64,000 bases of DNA from Cenarchaeum sp. (lineage in GTDB: Archaea > Thermoproteota > Nitrososphaeria > Nitrososphaerales > Nitrosopumilaceae), in contig CBDESU010000001.1 in assembly GCA_965242695.1 (NCBI GenBank), positions 1,280,001-1,344,000 of the forward strand, given 5' to 3'. Within the stretch, counting starts at the first letter, position 1; the number at the start of each line of letters is the position of its first letter. Made by a program: the position numbers and the translations under genes. The notes below the pieces were generated by a model. That model did not search any database and was not told the origin of the DNA. It saw only the letters and a program-made list of their open reading frames with translations. This document shows, piece by piece, positions 56,920 through 64,000 of this stretch.

Positions 56920-58325
56920 GACTCTCTTATCACCTTGATCATGTCCCGGGTCGTCTCCTCGATCTCTTCGGGTGTGAGCATCCTGGCCGTCGGCATCCCC
57001 CCCTTCCGCGGCCTGGCGATCCCCCTGTCCCCGCAGTACCTGACGAGCAGCGCGTACAGGTCCTGCATGTCGGGGTACGGGGGGCCCTGCGCGGCCGTCC
57101 GCGGGTGCGGTCGCTGGTCGAACGCGACGTATGCGCACAGCCCCAGTACGTCCCCTCCCAGGGCGGCGGCGACGTCCCACTGCCCGTCGGGCGCCTCGCT
57201 GGCCTGCGAGAGCATGTGGGGCACTTTCACGGCCACGGATTCCAGCACGGATGCGTGCTCATCGCCAAACAGGATGCCGTTTCCGATCTCGCGCATTATG
57301 CGGTCCGCCGTCCCGCGCAGCGCGGCGAGTTCGTCGTCGCGGCCGGGCCGCTCGCGGCGCGGCCGGGCCGGCGCGTTGCAGGCCTCTTCCAGCGCGGCAT
57401 GCGCGCCGATGCCGGCCGCGCGGCGCGCCGATGCTGCGATGCGCGCCGCCGCGTCGCCGCCGAGCCGCCCGCCGAGCCTTCCGATCATCTCGATCCCGAG
57501 GTCCGTTAGATCGTAGTAGTACGGCGGCTCTCCGTCGCCGCGGTACGACGGGAGGACATCCTCGACGACAAGGTGGTGGAACCTCGACATGTCGGCGGCG
57601 AGCCCCGCGCAGCCGGGCAGGCGCGACGCCGACGGCGGGTACAGGTCCAGCCCGCACTCTGCCTGCACGAGCAGCGATGCCGCCGAGAGCTCGGCCCTCG
57701 AGCGGACGAACCCGGCCGCCGAGATTACGGACATTGGGACGATCAGGCGGAGGGGGACCAGGGCGGGATCCATCTGGGACGGATCCGGCCGCAGTCTGGC
57801 CTCGAAGGCCCTGCGGCATTCTGGAAGGTGCCTGCTTGCGAGTGCGAGCTCCGCGTCCGACTCTTCGCGGCGGCCCAGGTGCTCTAGCACCCTTGCCATG
57901 TCGAGGTGGGCGTTCGGGTTCCACGGCAGCTCGCACGCCATGTCGCGGTACAGCGGCTCTGCCTCTGCATACCTGCCGAGGCGCTCTAGCATGCGCGCGC
58001 GGTTGTCGGCAACGCGCGTTCCGATCGCGTTGCGCGGGGGCGGGCCTGGCAGGAGCTCTTCGAGGGCCCTGCGGTACCCGCCGAGCTCGATGCCGCTCCG
58101 TATGCCCAGCCTGTCATACCTCGGGTCGTAGTCGGACAGTATGCTGTGGATGGTCGTCTTGAGCGGGACGGACATGTACTCGTCGATCAGGTCGGGGTCG
58201 ATCTTGTAGGGCGCGTCCTTGACCGCCTGCACCTGCTCCTGCCCCTGCTCCTGCCTGGACGGGGCGGCATCGGCTCCCCCGCCGCCCGGCCCCGGCCTGC
58301 GCTCCTGCTCTGCCTCTTGCGCCAA
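56916..58325 (-). CDS. TPR + winged-helix protein, unit 5
   Basis: Paralogue; TTG at 58325. Confidence 0.8.
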   Translation of the reverse strand: MAQEAEQERRPGPGGGGADAAPSRQEQGQEQVQAVKDAPYKIDPDLIDEYMSVPLKTTIHSILSDYDPRYDRLGIRSGIELGGYRRALEELLPGPPPRNAIGTRVADNRARMLERLGRYAEAEPLYRDMACELPWNPNAHLDMARVLEHLGRREESDAELALASRHLPECRRAFEARLRPDPSQMDPALVPLRLIVPMSVISAAGFVRSRAELSAASLLVQAECGLDLYPPSASRLPGCAGLAADMSRFHHLVVEDVLPSYRGDGEPPYYYDLTDLGIEMIGRLGGRLGGDAAARIAASARRAAGIGAHAALEEACNAPARPRRERPGRDDELAALRGTADRIMREIGNGILFGDEHASVLESVAVKVPHMLSQASEAPDGQWDVAAALGGDVLGLCAYVAFDQRPHPRTAAQGPPYPDMQDLYALLVRYCGDRGIARPRKGGMPTARMLTPEEIEETTRDMIKVIRES

Positions 58326-58348
58326 CGCGGCGCGGCCGGGCGGGCCGC

Positions 58349-58361
58349 GTTTATGCCTTTT
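58349..58361 (-). promoter_or_regulatory. BRE/TATA-like element AAAAGGCATAAA repeated ~24 nt upstream of every array unit start
   Basis: TTTATGCCTTTT on the + strand near 49136, 51435, 53738, 56038 and 58350; AAAAGCTATAAA at the equivalent position of the 10094 copy. Confidence 0.6.
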
Positions 58362-58784
58362 GGCCCGCCATGTCGGCGGATCTGGGGCGGATTCCAGCAG
58401 GGATGCCGCATGTTTTGGCGCCGCGGCCCCGAGCCGCGGCCTGGGCGCCGGCAGCGCATGCGGGCCGGCAGTGAAGAGGCGGCCGCAGTGCGCCGGACGG
58501 CGCCGGTTCGGCCGCATCGCAGGGCGCGGGACCGTACCGATTCTCCCTCCAGTCGACCCATGGGCGGGGGGCGGGCGCGGCCCGCTGCGGGTGCGGGGAT
58601 CTGCCGGCCCCGCCCCGAATGCCCGCATGAAAGTGCGGCAGGGCCGGCTCGGTGCCGGCTGCCCGCAGCGCGGATCGCACCCGTGCCGCATGCCGGCGAT
58701 GCGGCCTGCGGGCGCCGGAACGGGCGCCGGCGCGCGGCCGGGCGCCCGCCGCAGTTATACGGCGCCGGCAGGGCCGGCGCGGCG

Positions 58785-59666
58785 TTGGCCGCCGGCCCCG
58801 CAGAGGCGGATGCAGACGACAGCGCCGGCGCGCGGGGAGCCCGGCTTGGCCCCGAGGCGGCGCGAGGCGTGGCCGCCCTCATGGCCCGCGCCGCATCCCT
58901 CAAGGAGGTGGCGCGCCAGGGCTGGATCGACAAGGCCGGGATCGGCAGGCCCGAGTCGGTCGCAGACCACTCGTACGCGACGGCCCTGGCCGCCGCCGCA
59001 GTGGGCGACTGCTCGGGGCTTGACGCGCTGCGCATGGTCCGCATGGCCCTGCTCCACGACCTTGCAGAGTCCATTACGGGCGACATCGTGCCCGGCGCGA
59101 TGCCGGCCGGCAGAAAGGCAGGGATCGAGCGGGCCGCAATGGACAGGATACTCGGCGGGCTGCCCGAGCCCCTGCGCGGCGCGTACGGGGAGGCGTGGGC
59201 CGAGTTCGAGGAGGGCCGTACCGCCGAGGCCGCCATGGTCCGCGAGCTCGACAAGATCGAGATGGCCGGGCAGGCGGCGGCGTACGCGGGCGCCGGGCGG
59301 CCCGAGGGCCTCGCCGAGATCGCCGAGTCCGCGCGGCAGGCCGTCTCGTCGCCTGCCGGAAGGGCCCTGCTCGCCGAGGCGTCGCGGCGCGGCGCGCGCA
59401 AGGCAGGGGCCGAGAGGCGCCCGGCGAACGGGGCGGCCGGCGGCGGCGGGGAGGGCGAGACGATAGAGGCGCAGAGGACGGTAATCGGCATACTGTTCGA
59501 GGTCGTAAGGAGGCTCCAGGCAAACGCCGACCTGGACGGCGAGTACATGGGGATAGTGGCGGCGGGCAGGGCCGAGGAGAGGCGCGGCAGGCTCGCCGAG
59601 ATAGCGGCCGAGAGGAGCGCCAACTCTGACGCGGCCGCGCGCCTGCTGCGGCGGCTCGAGCCGTGA
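58785..59666 (+). CDS. HD-domain 5'-deoxynucleotidase (YfbR/HDDC2-like) with a C-terminal helical extension
   Basis: 'LKEVARQGW...PESVADHSY', 'ALLHDLAESITGDI', 'ELDKIEM'. TTATA upstream of TTG 58785. Confidence 0.85.
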   Translation: MAAGPAEADADDSAGARGARLGPEAARGVAALMARAASLKEVARQGWIDKAGIGRPESVADHSYATALAAAAVGDCSGLDALRMVRMALLHDLAESITGDIVPGAMPAGRKAGIERAAMDRILGGLPEPLRGAYGEAWAEFEEGRTAEAAMVRELDKIEMAGQAAAYAGAGRPEGLAEIAESARQAVSSPAGRALLAEASRRGARKAGAERRPANGAAGGGGEGETIEAQRTVIGILFEVVRRLQANADLDGEYMGIVAAGRAEERRGRLAEIAAERSANSDAAARLLRRLEP

Positions 59667-60061
59667 GGCGCCGCCCCAGCGGCGCCCATTCCGCGCCCGC
59701 GGCGGCGCGGCCGCATCGAACAAGCATCGGGCCAGAGCCGAGCGCCGCTTCCGCACAGATCGCCTGGCGGCCCCGCCGAGGCCGCGTGCACGGCAGTGCT
59801 GGCAGGGCTGCCTTGCGTCATAACTTGGCGGTTTGACGCCCAGCGCCTGCCGTTGATGCGGGCCAAACGATGCCGAGTGGATCGGCGGCCCGCTGCGACG
59901 CCCGTCCTAGCGCAGTGCAGCCTGGCACGGCCGGCATCAGGCGATGCTGCGCCGCCGCAGGGCGGCATTCAGGTTCACGGCAGCCTGGGCTCCCGAACCC
60001 GCACGGCGGCGGCGGGCTGCGGCGGGCCATTTGGCGGCCCGGCGCCTGCCGACGCCGGGCC

Positions 60062-60232
60062 CTAGCCGGGCAGGACTATGATGCGCTTGCCCGACACCTT
60101 GAATGTGATGCGATCCTGGAGGCCCAGCCGGCCGACAATGGGCTTGGGGACGGTGCACTGGTAGCCCCTGCCCTCGAAGTAGCCCATGCCCACGGCAAGC
60201 TCGGCGGCATCAGGCTGCCATCTTCCGCACAT
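60062..60232 (-). CDS. Small AbrB/SpoVT-like DNA-binding protein (56 aa; not in the ORF track)
   Basis: Manual translation MCGRWQPDAAELAVGMGYFEGRGYQCTVPKPIVGRLGLQDRITFKVSGKRIIVLPG*; TTTAA box upstream. Confidence 0.65.
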   Translation of the reverse strand: MCGRWQPDAAELAVGMGYFEGRGYQCTVPKPIVGRLGLQDRITFKVSGKRIIVLPG

Positions 60233-60573
60233 GCCCGCCCCTGCGCCGCCCGCTTAAAGGCGGAAAAATCGGAGTGGGCTCAAAAGGGCGATCGGCGACG
60301 AGATCAAGGCGCGAACGCCGGCACCTATGAAACCCCCAGGGGCGCGCCGGCCAAGTCGGTGTCCTGCGTCATGCGACCGAGGGCCGGCCGGCGGCATCCT
60401 TCTTAAACATTGCTCGCGTCGCCCCCTATGGGGGCGGCAACCGGCGGGGGCCGGGGGCCTCGATGCGGCCCGGCCGGTAGGCCAGGCTTCGGGTGCTGGT
60501 CGGGAAAAAACTATACATAATCCACGAGGGGTTGTGGAAAAAAGCTGACCTCGTGTGAAAGATTGTTGACAAC

Positions 60574-61947
60574 GTGGGTCAACACCCCCGTCGGCGCATG
60601 CGGGTCATGCCAAGGAAAGCAGAGGCACCAAAGGGCGGGGCGTTCCTTCCGGAGACAAGCGCCGAGGAGCTGCTCACCATGTCAAAGAGTGCCACAAACG
60701 GGATCGATGCGATAAGGTACATGGCCATGCACATGAGGAAGATCGGCTGGGAGATCGACCAGATTGCCGAGGGCTTGGGGCGCAGCCCCGAGACGATCAG
60801 GAGATGGCTCACGCGGGCGCACAGGGAGGGCATCGGCGGTGTGCCCCACGTCAAGAAGGGGACGCTCTGCCGGCTGTCCGTCGAGGAGCGCGGCGAGCTG
60901 GCCTGCGACATCGCGACAACGCGCCCGATCGACCACGGCCTTGTGGGCACCGCATGGGACTACAAGACCGTCCAGATCCACATCAAGAACAAGTTCAAGA
61001 GGGAGTACACGTACAACGGCACGCACCGGCTTCTCCAGAGGATGGGCATCCGCCCGATGGCGCCCCGCCCCGTCCATCCCGACGGCCTCGGCGAGGAGGA
61101 GCAGTACGAGTACAAGCGCGCAATGCGGGCCCGCGCCCAGTCGCTCCACAGGCAGGGCTTCAAGGCGCAGGGCGGCGCCGACGAGGTGCACATCGCCGTC
61201 GACGAGCGGCCCACCAAGGGGCTCGGGATGAAGGGAGGCCGTCCCGTGTCCGTGCCGTCGTCGGTGGCAATGGGCCGCCTTACGTGCTTTGTGGCCCTCT
61301 TTGACGGCGCCCTGTACATAATGCGGGCCAAAAAGAACGCCAACACCGACGAGTTCATAAGGTTCTGCAACATGCTGTTGGAGATCGAGGGCATGGTGCT
61401 GCTCTGGGTCGACAACGTAAGGTACCACAAGTCAAAGCGCTTTGAAAAGTACCTCGAGGACAACCGCGACCGCCTGCGCGTGTTCTACCTGCCCGAGTAC
61501 ACGTCGCCCCTGGCCGTCGCCGAGACCGAGATGGGCCCCATCAAAAAGGCCGCCGCCAAGAGGTCGCCAAAGGACAGGGAAGATGTGTGGAAGGCCCTGT
61601 GCGAGGCGGCCGCTGCGGATGACCTGCCCGTCAAGCAGCTGTACGGATGGATGCGCATCTACGACCCCGATCCCGGTCCGACGGCGATGGCCCCCAAGTA
61701 CGAGTACGACGGCGACCTGCTCATCGTCAGGTCGGACGCGCCGCCCGAACCGGCGCCCAAGCGGGGCAGGATCAAGTCGGCGTCTGGCGACGACGGCATC
61801 CTGACGTTCGAAGAGTTCAAAAAGATCCCGAAAAGCGTGTTTGACTCCGACGGCAACATGCTCAAGCCCTTCCTGATGCTTCCAACAGGAGCGCTGCGCA
61901 ACATGGCGCCTGGCCTCTACACCAGTCAACCCAACTCTGGGCGTTGA
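60574..61947 (+). CDS. IS630 transposase (last codons replaced by the nested IS)
   Basis: HTH 'IAEGLGRSPETIRRWL', 'ADEVH', 'VDNVRYHKS', 'LPEYTSPLAVAE'. The original end reconstructs as ...GLYTP*. Confidence 0.9.
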   Translation: MGQHPRRRMRVMPRKAEAPKGGAFLPETSAEELLTMSKSATNGIDAIRYMAMHMRKIGWEIDQIAEGLGRSPETIRRWLTRAHREGIGGVPHVKKGTLCRLSVEERGELACDIATTRPIDHGLVGTAWDYKTVQIHIKNKFKREYTYNGTHRLLQRMGIRPMAPRPVHPDGLGEEEQYEYKRAMRARAQSLHRQGFKAQGGADEVHIAVDERPTKGLGMKGGRPVSVPSSVAMGRLTCFVALFDGALYIMRAKKNANTDEFIRFCNMLLEIEGMVLLWVDNVRYHKSKRFEKYLEDNRDRLRVFYLPEYTSPLAVAETEMGPIKKAAAKRSPKDREDVWKALCEAAAADDLPVKQLYGWMRIYDPDPGPTAMAPKYEYDGDLLIVRSDAPPEPAPKRGRIKSASGDDGILTFEEFKKIPKSVFDSDGNMLKPFLMLPTGALRNMAPGLYTSQPNSGR

Positions 61948-63457
61948 CGGTGGGCTAGGACCATCGATCTTTTTTGGTCAGATATGTGCCCGCGCCAAAC
62001 CGTCTTGATCAGCGATACTTCATAAAAATATAACCTGAAAACGAAAGACGTATAACTACTCACGCGGGCGGCCCCCCGGAATGGGGCAGAAAAAAGGGCC
62101 AAGCAAGGGCGGCGGCGGGAAAAAGAAGGATCTTACAAAGTCTCAGCAGAAGTTCATGGCGAAAAAGTCGACCAAGAAGATATCGCAAAAGTTTGGACAG
62201 ATCAGGAAGGCCGGCTTCGCCATCAAGAAGATGACCGACAAAATGACCCAGGGGGAGCAGTTCGTGGACTTTTCCGGCGACTCGCGGGCAAAGTACGGCG
62301 CCGCCGAGTTCCACAAGAACATGCTCAACGGGTCCCTCTTCAACGCATCGAGTACCACCTGCGCCGAGCTGTCCAAGATAAAGGCAAAGGAGGAGGGGGG
62401 CAGGTCCAGCGGCTGCGAGTGGCAGCGCCTCAAGATCAACTCGGCCAACGACGAGCGCAGCGCGCGCGTGCTCGAGGACGAGGCGCGCGAAGCGATCGAG
62501 GAGCTGCGGCGCAACGGCCGGCTGTCGGACACCCCCACCTTTGCCGTCGACATACACGTTGAGGAGCGCTGGGACGGCGGGCGCCTAGTCACGCGTGGCG
62601 TGTCCGAGGCGCAGGTCAAGATCAACAGGGAGGCGCGCAGGCGCCTTAGGAAGGAGAGGAAGCTTGTCAGGTCGAAGTCTAGTCGCGGAACGAGCCAGTT
62701 TGAGGCGTACATCGTACTGCAGTGCGTCGACAAGGGGGTGCAGATCGTGGTGGCATGCCTGCGCGTCGACGACCTGTCCAACCTTGCACGGTTCATCCCC
62801 ATACTGGCCGACAAGATCAAGGCGCTGGGGATAAGCCGCGCCAGGCTGCTCCTCGACAGGGAGTTCTTCAACGAGGCCGGCATAGAGGAGCTGATACGGA
62901 CAAGGTTCCGCTGGATCACCCCCTGCCGCAACACCCCGGCGGTCAAGAAGGCGCTCGCCAAGTTTGCCGAGACCGGAAAAAAGACGGGCGTCGTGCGCAT
63001 GACCATCACGGGCGAGGACGGCAGGGAGACCAAGTACTGGATGCGCATCGAGCCGCGCAAGAAGGGCGAGGAGGACGACGGGGATGAGGACGGCGCAGCC
63101 GGCTCGAGGAAGGGCAGGAAGCTCGAGCCGCACGAGAGGTTCATCGGGTTCGCCGTCAGCCACCGATCGGAAAAGCCCCGCCACTACAAGAAGAGGTGGG
63201 GGATCGAGACGCGGTTCAAGATGGTGTCGATCAGGCGGAACAAGACGTCGAGCACCCTGCCGAACGCTCGGTTTCTCTGCTTCATCTACTCCCTGTTCGC
63301 CAGCAACGTGTGGGTCATGATCAATGCCGTGTTCTGGCGGCACCCGTCGGACTACGTTCCGCGGATATCGCTAGCGGCCGTGCTCTCCATGAGCGTCAGA
63401 ATGCTGGAAATTCGCGAGCCTAAACCGCCCCCGTAAGGCCCAGAGTTGGGTTGACTG
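61923..63457 (+). mobile_element. ISH3-family-like IS, copy A2 (intact)
   Basis: Same 20-bp IRs as the 24872 element; 5-bp target duplication TACAC. Confidence 0.92.
62081..63436 (+). CDS. ISH3/IS4-like DDE transposase
   Basis: 451-aa ORF with 'FAVDIH', 'LLLDREF', 'YKKRWGIETRFK'. Confidence 0.9.
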   Translation: MGQKKGPSKGGGGKKKDLTKSQQKFMAKKSTKKISQKFGQIRKAGFAIKKMTDKMTQGEQFVDFSGDSRAKYGAAEFHKNMLNGSLFNASSTTCAELSKIKAKEEGGRSSGCEWQRLKINSANDERSARVLEDEAREAIEELRRNGRLSDTPTFAVDIHVEERWDGGRLVTRGVSEAQVKINREARRRLRKERKLVRSKSSRGTSQFEAYIVLQCVDKGVQIVVACLRVDDLSNLARFIPILADKIKALGISRARLLLDREFFNEAGIEELIRTRFRWITPCRNTPAVKKALAKFAETGKKTGVVRMTITGEDGRETKYWMRIEPRKKGEEDDGDEDGAAGSRKGRKLEPHERFIGFAVSHRSEKPRHYKKRWGIETRFKMVSIRRNKTSSTLPNARFLCFIYSLFASNVWVMINAVFWRHPSDYVPRISLAAVLSMSVRMLEIREPKPPP

Positions 63458-63682
63458 TACACCCCGTAACGCGCGACGGCCAATCAAGAATGCGCGCTGC
63501 CGGATGCCTGCCGCCGGCAGCGTTCCCTGTTCCGCAATTGAGCCGTCCGTATGTGCACAACAAAGGTGCGGCAGGACATATCGCTTCCAACATGAGTCGC
63601 ATTTCTGGACTTGATATTTTTACCCCCTTTCCCATTTTCCACCAATAAAGAAATACCCACATTGGCTCATGGATTACGTATA

Positions 63683-63863
63683 CCCCTGGATCTTCTGAGT
63701 CATGTCGGAACGCATCGCCTTGTCGAGTTTTGCCAGCTTGCTCTGGTACAGCTTTTCGTTGCGGTACCAATATAGCGTATGGTCTCGCTCCATGGCCCAC
63801 ATTATCCGCAACATCTTGTTGGCCACGTGCGTGACCGCGATCACGTGCTTGCCGCCGTGTCGT
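63683..63863 (-). pseudogene. IS110-family transposase C-terminal fragment
   Basis: Manual translation 'RHGGKHVIAVTHVANKMLRIMWAMERDHTLYWYRNEKLYQSKLAKLD', with an in-frame stop just upstream. Confidence 0.6.
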
Positions 63864-64000
63864 AACTATCCCGGTTTTTGAAGTGGCTACGACGGCGGGC
63901 ACGCCTGTCGCATGCGCCGGAGCGGCGTGCGGCAACGATGGCACTCCGACGGGCCGGTGCAGCGGCGCTTTTGCGGCGCGTGTTTCGGGTGCGGGAAAGA

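Larger units (their letters stand above)
46992..58530 (-). repeat. Tandem array of five ~2.3-kb units (TPR-wHTH gene + PIN gene)
   Basis: PIN stop codons at 47103, 49402, 51705, 54011 and 56311 (periods 2299-2306 bp). Boundary motif CGGTTCGGC(G/C)GCAT present six times. Confidence 0.95.
60514..63680 (+). mobile_element. IS630-family element carrying a nested ISH3-like IS
   Basis: Imperfect IRs TACATAATCCACGAG (60514) and CTCATGGATTACGTA (ends 63680), each flanked by TA. Confidence 0.85.

Noticed and set aside
49402-57180. 289-aa N-terminally extended PIN ORFs in the ORF track
   Set aside because: The extensions overlap the upstream gene; the TTG at the TTGA overlap gives a uniform 202-aa protein that begins with the PIN beta-1 motif.
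46992-58530. Diversity-generating retroelement or shufflon as the cause of array variation
   Set aside because: No reverse transcriptase or invertase nearby, differences are block-wise rather than adenine-specific, and all units have the same orientation.

Overview
GC-rich archaeal chromosome segment. The aspS-gatC-gatA-gatB operon, proteasome beta subunit, PUA protein, TATA-type promoters and secreted NHL/Ig-repeat proteins point to Nitrososphaerota (Thaumarchaeota), probably a Nitrosopumilaceae/Cenarchaeum-like host-associated lineage; this is inference. Core genes (psmB, PUA, hom, aspS, gatCAB, an acyl-CoA synthetase, a disrupted threonine dehydratase, an HD nucleotidase) are mixed with a lot of accessory DNA. 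That DNA includes three large secreted repeat proteins and a decayed defence-like island (YwgA-like protein, STAND-like ATPase, SRA-like/HicB fusion, HicA pseudogene). It also includes a proteasome-beta-like Ntn-hydrolase operon, a double-RHH regulator with a recurring 22-bp palindrome, and several IS elements (three ISH3-like, one IS630, one IS110 relic) whose ends and target duplications can be read. The most striking feature is a head-to-tail array of five ~2.3-kb two-gene units at 47-58.5 kb, each a TPR plus winged-helix protein translationally coupled to a PIN-domain protein. The copies are mosaics of alternative sequence blocks, and a sixth diverged copy lies at 10-12 kb. All family assignments come from reading motifs by eye; no searches were run.
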